Assembly: GCA_040954595.2 (NCBI GenBank)
Contig: CM082587.2
Location: 3,604,275 to 3,668,274 of the forward strand
DNA: 64,000 bases
Source: Balanoglossus misakiensis
Taxonomy: Eukaryota > Animalia > Hemichordata
Direction: 5' to 3'
Position 1 is the stretch's first letter; every line of letters starts with the position of its first letter. The notes under the pieces are model-generated. The model had not been told where the DNA came from and did not search any database. It worked only from the letters and a program-made list of their open reading frames with translations. The position numbers and the translations under genes were made by a program. Positions 52,471 through 64,000 of this stretch are shown piece by piece.

Positions 52471-55400
52471 TTACTGCTGGTGATTGCAGAGAACGACCCC
52501 TGGTAACTTTAATCATAAGAGAGAGAGATAACCCGCGTCAATCAGTCTACCCCCCCTCTCATTCTCGGGGGGGGGGGGGGGGGGTAATATATCCATTCGG
52601 TATTATATATTTGCTAAATCAATTTCAACGTATCGTGCAGCGTCGTATTATTACGTTGAATTCAAAGTCATTAATTAAATACGGCTGGGTCATCACCTGC
52701 TTAAGAAATGCTTCCTCCACAAGACAATACACCCCAATGGGTCGCCGTCGTTTCTACCGAGATTTCCGTCTGCTATACTGGCAAGTTCACTTGTGATTTA
52801 TATTTTTCAAACGCGGGTGTGACACACTTTATCGCTTGCCAATTGAGCAACACTTCTCACAAGTAATCAAAATGCGGAGATCTAGAACTGCCCTGGTTTG
52901 TTGGCGTCGCATGTCGCATCCATCATTATTCTTGCACAGTGGCCCGGAAAGGGGTAATCAGCGCTCCTGGCGCATCATGATGAAAATTGTTTTCCCTTAT
53001 CCCTCAGCGACAGTACATTACACACAGACCACTGTGATTATGGTGTACTTGGATTGGATTCTTCTTGTCGCTTCGAGTTGGAGGATGACGCTTTTAAACT
53101 TTTGTTTAACTCTGTCAGCGGCACGGAGCTCTTTTGTCTGTTGGAGTCTGTCGCCGGTCAACACCTGGTTTCTTCTCGTACATAAAGCGCTGGTCATTAC
53201 GGTTATGTTCCTTTGGCATGCAGGCACCTGGCGTTGATTCGTAACGAACTACGCCGATTGGTTAAAATCTTCTTTTTGGATTCCGTTTGTATGCAATTCC
53301 CTCGGGATGACCACAGCCAGATGTACTTAAATCTTGACGGAAATGTTATATTGTGTCTGGCGGCAAATTTGGCCATTTTAGTATAAAAAAATCTGCTTCG
53401 TAATTCTCAGAAACCATTTGTGTGATTGCCTTGAAATTTGTTATCTGATCCATTAAGACGACCTTACGCAGGTATCTCCAATTTGAGATAAAATCTGTAA
53501 TTTGGGGGTAATTTGCAATTTTAGTGAAATTTTCTCTTAAAACTACTCGGCCAGGTAATATTTATCTTTCCAAGACATAACCGTTTCTCCAAGAGCTTTG
53601 AAAATCAATTTAGTTCACTGTTGAATATGTTTTTTTTTTATGTACAAACACCTTATATAATTACTGAAATGTGCTATACAATTTTTGACAATCATTTCCT
53701 TTATATTTCAGCTGATATATAGTACCAACTGACAGACGGAATCGCTAAATTTACAGATGCGGATTAGCGAGCCTGACAGAGGGATTATCTCCGGGTCCGT
53801 TGGCATATGGAATCTCCCAATTAAAATTTCAAGGTAACTGAAAAAGAACTGAAATTCGGGTCACTTGCAAGGATGCTTACAATTGCCGCCAACTAAAATA
53901 AATGAAGCAGGGCAATTTTCAGGAGTATCTGCTAGACTGCTGGCACTTTCGACATCTGCCATCTGGAAATTATAACTTCTTATGAAGGTGCCTCGTCTAA
54001 AGCATATTGCAAAATCATTAAACCCCCCTTCACGGCGTAAATTGCCAATAACTGGTCGCACGCGATGGCGAGTCTGCGTTGCGCGTTTGATGGACAGGAT
54101 GGTTAACTGTTTATAATGTTTTATTTCTGTTTGGTTGTTTGTAAACCACGTTTTCTTGTTCTACCCGCCAAACAACATGCTAAATGAATAACAGTGTACT
54201 TGTCACCTGTGAATCAGTAATGGTAAGTTTGTTGCAGTAGTTGTTGACAAATATAATTCAAGTCCTGGGTTCGATTTTTAAACAATTAACGGTACCTCGG
54301 GCTGTTGGACAAGGGCTGAAAATTCTCAGCATTTTTTGTCGCGCTTTAGGGAGTCGAAGAAAAAGCTGTAGGTGATACTCAGAACAAAAGGCACTTTTAA
54401 AACACCCAATTGTTGCATTTATCGGGCTTTTAAGAGGAATTGGGTCAAGAAATAAAAGCGTGTTTTCTTTTGCACGTCAACTCGACGAATACTGGCCAAG
54501 TGTACGCCTATAATGGAATAGAAGAATTGAGTACCAGATGATTGGGAAGATTCAACTAATGTAGCATTTGTAGTATCTCCCACATCTACGTGCTCAACTA
54601 TCCAAGTCTACAAGGTCGTATCAAGTTCATCCTCGTGTTACGCCGTAATTCACTTTTGCATAAACCCGGTCAACGTTGTTTTACACTGTATGGCAATTAC
54701 CGGGAATGCGAAATGGCCTGGTTTGATCGACCGCCTGAAAGCGCATCTACTATAACAGCTATAGTTGCGAGAGTTTAACTATGAAACTCGATCTTTCTTT
54801 CCTTCCATTTTTTGGCGTTTGGAGATCGAAGTAATGACTCGGATTCGAAGTGTAGATGTTATCTGCAGAGGGAAAATTGGATGAAAACACGTGAAATAAA
54901 TATTGCTATCTTGACTGTCTGTGGTGATGGGTATCAATTTGCCGGCAATTTGTACGACAAGATCCATTTCCAAAAAAAAAAAAATTAATAACACGAGGAC
55001 TCTGCCATACTCGTTGCTAAGCGATACTGATCCGTGGTTACCATGCCACAGCTACTGAAACCACCGATTGTCTCTGAGGCACCGTTCATTACTGAGTCAC
55101 TTCAGGAACGTCCTCGTTGAAAAGAAGTGCATTTTGTGTAGCGCTGTCTGCCTCGCGAAAAAAATCGGGAAAATAAGAGTGACCTCAATTCTTGACCCCA
55201 GAAGTCGTGATTTGCGATCGCTTCCGTTTCTTTCTGCCAGGCAGACCTTGAAAGCGGATCATGGCCGTTTTACAAATTTCAAACGTTTCAGAATTTCAAT
55301 TAGCCACAAGCATAGACCAAAGCATGAACATATAGTATCGATGGGTTCAGTTGACTTACCAAGTCATTTAAAACTTCACTGCGCGCATGCGTTGTAAGGA

Positions 55401-58400
55401 AGACGAGAAATGAACTATTTGGTTAAAAGTTATTATAAAATGCAATATTCGTGATACCTTGGCGGGCAAACCAGACAATAGTGATAGACACTCATAATGC
55501 TAGAAAATGATGCCGCGGACATAAGAAATAAGACATTGTCTAGGATATCCCACAAGTCTTTGCCGTCACGTGACAGTGTTCAGACATATTGGGCGAATGT
55601 TCAAGACATGCTGAGTTATGTGGTATGACTCACATCACCTGCATGATTCATAACGCGCAACATGAGTTGTAGTTGACGATAAACATATCGATTCCGGGTG
55701 TTGTCTGCACCAAACGTATGCGTTGGCGGGCAATGCGCCGTTGCCCAGATGACAGAATAAGTGTCCTCATATTTGTTTCCTGCAAAAAGCTATAAATAGA
55801 TGAACACATTCGTTCATACTGAAGCCTTTTCGCTTCGTGTAGGGTCTCTCTGTAAATAGCCAACGATAAAATCTCCCCCGAACAAATTACTTAATTATCT
55901 GATAACATTGTCGTTTACAGGTGTGTGAATGTCTTCAAACGGCAAGGCGAGATTGTAAGTGCTTTTCATATCCGCAGTACATGCAACAAATCCGGAATCA
56001 CTATATCAGTCATTATGCTATGCAAACGTTTTTTTTGTAGTACACAAAATGGCAATTCGATGAAAGATCATCCAACTACACTTGTGGGAGCGAATTACTG
56101 GAAAGCATGACCTTTGTACATGGAACGCTTGTACACATGCGCAAAATGATCCAAGATGCACCGCGTGCCGGCCTTTACATATCTGTGGGCGACAATTTGC
56201 AAATACTGGATTTGCTGGCGGTGACTTCCAGCGGAATAGGCATTCATAACTCCTAAAGCAATACAACACTTAAAATAATCGCTATCGATTTTTTTTGGCG
56301 AGTGTAAAAGTGTTATTATTTCTTCAACGACCTGTCGAATGACGGCGTTGTCCTGCCGCCCCAGTTGTCTCGATACGCGATAATGGCGATTGTTTTCGAC
56401 TGGTTGGAAGCATTGTATAATATTCAGTGACAATCGTCACATTGAAACTTTACGCCATGGATCACGTTTTCTTTTCTTCGGCATATTATTTTGCTTGTCA
56501 TCATGTATTAGCAAATCATAAGTATATCAGCACACTGTAACTGTCCTGGTGGCTTCACAGCACATTATCGTCAATTTCTGATACAGAGACTATTGCAATA
56601 ATGGCATGTAAATATTCGTGCCCATTACAGACAATTCAGTTGTTGGCTATAGTAGTTCTTTCGAGCAGCAATGGCCTATCCACAGTGGAAACACCGGTGC
56701 TCTAGTTAGTCGTGTCAGATATTTAAACGATTGATTCATCTCGCGCCACACAGTGAACACAGTATAAATGATGTATGCGATTGTTAAATTTAATATTTTT
56801 GTTTCAGAAATCTCGAATATTGGATGAAATTAACGGTCTCTCTCACCTGTCTATTGTGAAATGCTATAAACGAGACGGCTATAAACCTGCGATTGTATCG
56901 GTGAAGGTCCGCCATTAATTTTAACGAGACCTGACGGGCACAAAGCCATCAATAACCGACCCACGTCTAGGGCAACATAAATTACATTAAAAGTTGACGT
57001 AGCGACGGCTGCCGCGTTGAAAACGTGAGGTGTAAAACGGAGGTCTGGAAACGCTTAAATATCACGCCATTTATAACAATACACTCAGCCTCTTAAAACG
57101 ATGCAATGAAATTCGTATTTGAAGCAGAAATGTCGTTCTTCTGGCAAAAAAGGAACATATCGTAGACTGGTGAATCGTTTCCATTTTTAAGTCTAAGCGA
57201 AGTGTTTGACAGGGATATACAACAACCCCCCCCCCCGTCCAAAATGAGCGAAAACAGTACTAAGCCGAGGCACATTCTGACCCGGCCGCGAGATATTCCA
57301 GGCTAGACACACCTGAGATACGAAGTGGAGTGTGCTGCACCATCTAACGGTACGTAAGCACGACCACGTGACGACGGGGGCACGGTATTTGACGTGTTGC
57401 GACGGAAATCCCCCTCCTACCACCCACACAAGACATTCCAATGTTGAACTTCGTATCTGCGGCCAGTGATTCCACGTGAAAAAATTTAATTGGCAACACC
57501 ACACCACACTGCACTGTATATAGATGGACTTGTGTGACACATTTCCCATTGTGATTACATTTTTAGTCTGTAAGAATACATGATTTGTGGTTTAATAATG
57601 AAATGATTAATGTTAATATGCAGCTGAGCGAAGTGCTTGAAATCACTTTCTATTTTTAAAAACTCAACGCATGTTTAATCAAGCTGATACACGTAGACAT
57701 AGGTCAAAGGTCGATAGGTTGTTGCCTAAGAACAAGCGACTGAAAGGCAGTGATGTAATTCTTTGCCCGGATGCTAGCAAAAGTTAATAAATTTCAGGCC
57801 CAAGAAGCTTCATTTATACACAACATTAATTAATGACCCATGCAAATATAATAAGCTGAAGGTGTTTGAAAACATTTCAACGGTTTGGGGGATGTAGACA
57901 ACACATTCATTGACACGTACACACAGTAAGATTAAACGACGAAACAAAAATACCAACGTTTCGTTCCATTTAAACGCAGTAGGACGTTCTTGATTAGTTT
58001 TGCATGGTGCAGAATGTAAATGTGTAGTCGTCGCGGCGAAAGGGTCAATTTGTCAGAAATGACAGCGTATAGATGTGAAATCGGGTTCAGACGACTGGAG
58101 CGAGGTATTAAGTAGCACGATGGCAAACAAGGTCTTCAGGTGTGAATCACTATAGCGACTGACTCCTCGGGCATGCGCAGTGTGATATTGTTCAAGGTAA
58201 AGGATTTCCTGAAGTGAAATTTTGTTTGCGTTTAGTACCATGTTCATGGCCAGTGTCTCGGGGACAAACGAAAACTGTTTGTGTGTATTTCTTGTGGTCG
58301 AGGTTGTGGGCTTTTACTGAGAGTGTAAGATTTCAAGTTATTGAACAACCTGTATAAGTAACGATTGTCTCATCCCTTCTGCGATTTAGATGACCATAAA

Positions 58401-60138
58401 AGTCAGGTACACTTTGTCAATTTTGATCATCCATTAGATGTATACTCAGCTGTCGTTAATTTATTATAAAATGCCCCCTATATAATTAACAAAGGAATTG
58501 ATTGATTGAGTGACGTACATGGAAGTACGAAACTATCAAACATTTCTCGGCACCGTTACGTTACATGTTATATAAAATACTTCCCGGAATCGCCATCCCT
58601 CGAGCTGCATTCGCGGAATTAGGAGAAGAAAATGTCGCTCTCGCCCGGTAACGAGAAGACGATAGGGGAATTCTGAGTGGGGATAGGTTTAATAGATCGG
58701 CGTTAACCTTCAAAATGCGGAGAGGGGTGGGAGTTTACGTGTTGTGTGGTTGTAGGCAGCCACCATTATTGACTGTATCCGACTACTAGGGCGAGTGGAC
58801 CGACATCCGCCTTTGAAAGGCGCACATCCGCCATCCCTCAAGTCGCTAACTAATGCATTTCGAATTTAACAATACATTAATCATAAACTCCGCGTTGTAA
58901 ATGAAACCGAAATCGGAACATACAGCCTGTAAACACTTCAATATAAAAAAGAAAAACTTATGTCGTGAAAAATGGGGAATGAAGAAAACATTTCAAATCG
59001 AGTGGTGTTAGTACTGATACACGTACAAATCGGGGGTCATTGTCACGAGATATATTGTGTACGTACAAAGTGAAAGCGAATACTATTGTCTGTTTCCCTT
59101 CAGAATGTCCATATGTATAGAAGATTTGTATTGATGTTGACATGATATTATTTCGGAAATCGTACTAGTAGTATATATCTCAGAGAAAAGCTGAATGCAT
59201 CTTTCATGGTTGCAGTGATTTTTGTGTGAACGCCGTGAACAAAATCGACAAAAAGGCACGCACAGGAGACACAAAAGATTATAATACTTGATGGTGAAAC
59301 ATGATTTCACTTGGCAAGCCTGTTGTCAGATGCGAATCGATATTTTAACCATTTCGTAAAGGTCATTCACTCGAGCTCGGGGATCGCCGTTTCAAACACA
59401 CGGTCATCAATTATACCTTGTTTAGTAACACAACACATCTGCACAAAGACGACGATATAGTAATTATGATCGTCCGCGCATGCTTCTATTGTGTCGTGCG
59501 ACAGGTAAGACCGTTTTGTTTGCCGAGCGCGCAGAACACAAAACGAGCGCCTGGCAGCGACGTCGGGAGAGAACAAAGTCACATCTCATTAAATCCACAA
59601 TCAGATCCATCATTAACTTGCAACAAAAGCGATTTTATCATTTCTACTAATTACGTTTCTTTGATTGCTGTTTGACTCTCTCGTCGATAACCTGTATAGA
59701 TAGCTGATAGTTATAGCACGAGATGAAGACTCGGCTAATTATGACGCGTCGACGATAGTCTAGATCTGTTGTTGACATGTCATCTTTTTCCACACAATGG
59801 TCGTCAATGGCGTTTAGCCATGCATGTATGTATGACGGACAAGGCAGATGGCAACGGTGTACTTTGACGATGAAGACTGCACTGTCCACATATAACAGGT
59901 GATTCGACCTGATCAAATACGCGAAGCCAATTGCCTGTCGTCGACGAGCGCTTATTGGTGATTTCCTCGACTCGGAACAGATTGATTTCGCAGATTTGCT
60001 GAAAAAATCTACATACTGTCGTCTGACCATTTTGCATATGCGTATCTTGGATTTCCCGCCTCGACCGACCCACCCACGCATTTTGCACGAAATTCATTGA
60101 ATCGTCGTCTGCACGTAAAAATAGATCTTCAAACCTAC

Positions 60139-60218
60139 CTCACTTGCGGGTGTGTGGCTCCTTCGAAGCTCGAGCTTTTGATCTCGAAACGCGTGTTTCT
60201 CGGTATTCTCCCGTGCAT
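60139..60218 (-). CDS. GARNL3: Candidate distal first coding exon of GARNL3 (MHGRIPRNTRFEIKSSSFEGATHPQV)
   Basis: ATG at 60218 (aagATG) with an in-frame stop upstream; 80 nt = 26 codons + AG; strong donor GAG|gtaggt, phase 2. An X-box lies ~230 bp upstream (60451-60464). Confidence 0.52.
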
Positions 60219-60450
60219 CTTAGATTCCCTTTTCCCGCTCTTCCTCTATCTCAAGAAATCGATGGTACGTGTATCGGCTGGTGCGGTGCCCCTGCCTATA
60301 TTCTGCGGAGGAGATACAACTCTATATGCAGCCCGCAATCCGGTAGCAGTGTATATCCGTGCTGATCAACAGGACGGTGAGCTCTACTGCGTAATGTATG
60401 GACAGCAATGAGTGTCACCAACCGCCGTCTTCATCGGTGAGCCAGCTCGC

Positions 60451-60464
60451 GTTTCTATGGCAAC
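60451..60464. promoter_or_regulatory. RFX X-box upstream of the candidate distal GARNL3 first exon
   Basis: GTTTCTATGGCAAC (GTTGCCATAGAAAC on minus) matches the 14-bp X-box consensus; ~230 bp 5' of the ATG at 60218. Confidence 0.5.
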
Positions 60465-60539
60465 ACTGATTAAGCGGATCCTAGGACTTGAGAAGCTTCT
60501 GTGTTCCCTTCGTCAGTCAACAACGGCGAACCGCGTAGC

Positions 60540-60606
60540 GGAGATAGGCGTACAATCACAAACGTCCTAGATGGAGATAGGCGTACAATCACAAACGTCC
60601 TAGATG
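60540..60606 (+). repeat. Perfect 2 x 33-bp tandem duplication
   Basis: GGAGATAGGCGTACAATCACAAACGTCCTAGAT at 60540 and 60573. Confidence 0.95.
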
Positions 60607-63600
60607 TTATCTCTGCGCACGCGCACAGGAGAAAATTTGATTTGAACCTCTCCGGTGGAAGATCCGATTTTTTTCAACACGCGCAACAGACAGCTAACGG
60701 AGAACAATTAGATAACGCTGCCAAATTTCTTCACCAATGATTTTAAACAAATACAAAAAAGTGTTAAGCTGTGCAACGTAAACGTCTACCGAAGAATCTA
60801 TCTTATTGAAAACCAATGCCAACACCTTTCTATGCCACGTATTTTATGCCACGTGTTTACACTGTGCTGTACACTGGCGGCCCTCCTTTGAGGTGCATCT
60901 CAAATATAATATTGTTATACATTGCTATTTAATTCATCGTTACATTTTGCTACGTGTGTAATAACCACAAGGTACGCATCTCTTGACTACAGTTACTCGA
61001 GACGGCAATAATTATCTCAAGTCGTCAAAATAATGTGGAAAGTGCAGCCCAGCGCCTTCGAGGCTTTAAAATTTCATGGGCGGTGGCGAACTCACGCCAA
61101 CGCGGAAATTTACTAAAAAGCGGAAACTTGTCTATTGGCTGAGTGGGCACAACACGATCAATCATTACACAAAATGAATCGTTCTTTGATGGGAATTTGC
61201 GTCACACGACCAAAAAAATCGTACGGTGAAAAACAGAGGTCTGCTTCAATGAAAATCTGCATGCGCGTAACCTACTACGCACGACAGATGGGCCAGTTGG
61301 ATGGACAGGAATGATAGTAACAAATATTGGTTTTTATGAAAGCGTAAGGTGTGCGCGCAGAACGTAAACCGGTCAAACTTGTGCGCATGTGCCTCTTCCC
61401 ATAGGACTGATTGAGATTGAGAAAACTCGCTTCTCCTAAACCCGAGACGGTGTGATTAAAGTAATTTGAAAGCTCAATCTCCACGGTGTTGTCTCCAATC
61501 CATCCGGGAAACCCACAAGCAAAGATGCTTTTTGTAAAAGTTTAGTCTTAAGATCAGTTAAACCGCCAACAGGTAGCCGGAAGGCCTTATAGTCAACGTG
61601 GTTATGTAAATTCGCGATCGGTGTCCCACTACGCTCTGAGACGGGAAGTTTCACTTTTTAGGTCGTTTCTGATGGAAATTAACTTACGTCAAACTGTCGC
61701 CGCTGAACGGTGCAAAGAGGCGCCGTAATGACTACGTACCGGCCCGGTGTTCCGGAGTCACCCCGCGTTTTCCCATAACCGCACACCTTTCGCAACTGCA
61801 GGGTTAGTAACACGCCGTTTCCGGGTTAAATATCGCGCGCCTCTCGTATTGCAATCGCGATATATAACGCAAATCTACTCTTCTGATGGTGAAAACTCAA
61901 TGCAGAGCATACTTTGAGATTCAAAGAAATCTTTTGTTAAAGTGTCACACAATCTGCACCCCGCCCCTTATAATAATTGAAAGCTCCCTATCTTGAAAAC
62001 AGGTAGACGTCGTCAAGGATTTGTTTAACTTAGTAGTGCTCAGAAAAAAAGGCACAGTTCGAATCGCAAATGATGGCGACACTAATCCCATTCACCGAAT
62101 CAAACATTGAAGACATGCCACTGCACCAGGTCCAGTATTTATTTCAGCGCTATCAAAAATTCACGCATAAATTATCTGCGCGCTTTTCATTAGCAGAGAT
62201 CAGAGGCGACGGTACGAATGCATAAAAATTGATTTCAATTCACTGTTGAATTCGGGTCACGATCTCATTCCTGGCTTGCCCGGGGAAAGCAAAGTCGAGA
62301 CAGGGCTCGGAATGACATGTAACGAGGTCACCCGGACACATCCAGGAATTGACAGCTCGTGTGTGTGTATGGGGGGGGGGGGGTATACAGAGGCGAGCGA
62401 AATAAGAGGTTTCCAGAAAATTTGACAAGGTATTAAGTGGTCGCGTTTATTCGGTAGTTCTGGAATCGGAGGGACGTGAGCAGGAAATTAGCGGTCAGTT
62501 TGATTAAGACACATGAACACTTGACATGACGCTGAATGATATGGACCCTGCCCCTTCAAAGAGACCTGCACACCCAGGGGATCGGCAGCTGTATGTGATG
62601 TTAACACAGTATTTTGTGTTTCTATGTGAGATGTCGAAAGTTCACCGCAAGCGCTCGGCCGGGGAGTAATCATGCAGTGTGCGCGGCCTCTTTTTGTCAT
62701 GCAAAGAATAATTGCAATCAGGTGTTCGTCCAATCAGCAAGTTGCAAGTACCCTCCCTGGCTTTGCATGCGTTATCTATTGCAATGCACCATCTGGTCGT
62801 GTTTTTTGGAGCCTCGTGGTTCATTCTTATGCACAACTATGTGATCTTTATGCATAAAAAGGTGTAAATTAAAGTTCCTGGGGGACTAATTCTCGTCTCG
62901 CCTGAAATGCTTTATGGAAATCGTTTGTAATTATCTGAGTATTCATGTTGAGGTTTGACCTGTTCAGGGGGCAAGGGGTCGGGTCAACTTTCGATACAGG
63001 TGAAACATCTCGGGTAATTGGCTGTCTTCAGTCGGAAATACGTTCGCCATGCCGCTGAGCCTACTAACAACGCGAGGTCGAAAAGTCCTCGCCAGTAATT
63101 TATTGGACCCCGGCGATATCATGCAGTCTGCAGTGGGGAAAAAATGTGCGCCGTTTGATTCTTGGATCGCTTCGATAGTCATGCAAAAACAGGCCATAGA
63201 TAACAACGTTAGCACAAGATCCAGAAGTATATTTTCTAAGTAATATCAGCGAGACACCATCCGCCCATAGCCGGGCAGAGAATAATCTCGCAGGAGTTAT
63301 TTTTCTCCCTGATAATTTAGGCTCCATTTGACGTGCTGTGAGAATAGCGGAAATGTAGACGTCCAATTATTTTCTTGGTGAAGTCAGCTCATTTTCCATT
63401 GAAACAATATTGGAAAGAAAGAGTTATTGTATTAAATTCAACAGACGACATATGTGTGAGGATAATCCAATGACCCTTTTGACGTAATATCTTTATTGTC
63501 AAGGAAACCGACCATCAACGAGTTTTTACTGGCATACATTATACCCCTCCAGCCGTTTAAGAGTCTTCACAAATAGTAATAACCGAGACAGAGTGTAAAA

Positions 63601-64000
63601 CGAGGTTTTAAAATAATCATGAAATATTAATTTTCAATTTTCAGGATAGAATAAGACGGTTCGTTTTTTTTGGCGACGCTCATTTCCGGTAATTGCAACG
63701 GGAGGTGAACATGATGACTACCGGCATTGAATTAGCTATTCTCAATTGTAATTTCATATGTTTCATTTTTTGTAAGCCGTTAACTGCATGATTGGATTCT
63801 AATTTCCAAGAAGGCTGCGGCCTTGCAGAATATTGATGTTACAAACGATCTCCGACCCACTTATAAATAATGCATCCCTGTGGCTGTAGACAAAATATGT
63901 AAAAAGGGGGGCATTTGGTGGCGTCGTTGGAAACGCAAGACAATCCTTTCCCCCGGTAAAATACGAGGAGACCATATGCAACGCAGGACAGCCAACATCT

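Noticed and set aside
53018-53227. Helical-looking minus-strand ORF (QTKELRAADRVKQKFKSVILQLE)
   Set aside because: No good donor and no recognised homology.
53380-53555. Possible old Helentron-type fragment (ttctcagaaacc...ttgaaatttg)
   Set aside because: Resembles HINE internal motifs but has no termini; cannot be supported without a repeat search.
58571-58653. Plus-strand TATAAAA + ATG + CCG|gtaacg mini-exon
   Set aside because: No downstream exon found; elements this short arise by chance.
25290-60606. Short direct repeats as a CRISPR array or other prokaryotic system
   Set aside because: Only 2-3 adjacent copies with no unique spacers, no cas genes, and a clearly eukaryotic intronic context.

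Overview
Eukaryotic (metazoan) genomic DNA, probably from a marine invertebrate deuterostome (hemichordate-, amphioxus- or echinoderm-like; inferred from spliceosomal exon structure, frequent TACATGTA octamers, long G/C runs and Helentron-type repeats). The window is almost entirely intronic/regulatory, and nearly all ORF-track entries look spurious. It holds the 5' part of a minus-strand GARNL3 (Rap-GAP family) gene, recognised from a 70-nt exon at 6983-7052 encoding SPATELASRRGVFSRRHYGSVEL. That exon needs a phase-2 upstream partner. Over the next ~53 kb there are several ATG-initiated minus-strand exon candidates that end in phase-2 donors (best: 10032-10192, 17958-18115, 35710-35903, 60139-60218; weaker: 25689-25984, 38597-38829, 22384-22490), suggesting an array of alternative first exons giving unrelated N-termini. 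Also present: two nested, related non-autonomous Helentron-type elements (HINEs; ~40903-43553), a degraded DIRS/Ngaro-like gag fragment (~51970-52470), a 290-bp (TACA)n/(CA)n microsatellite, short tandem duplications, and at least nine RFX X-box-like palindromes. No rRNA, tRNA, CRISPR or prokaryotic system was seen. All splicing models are inferred from sequence alone.
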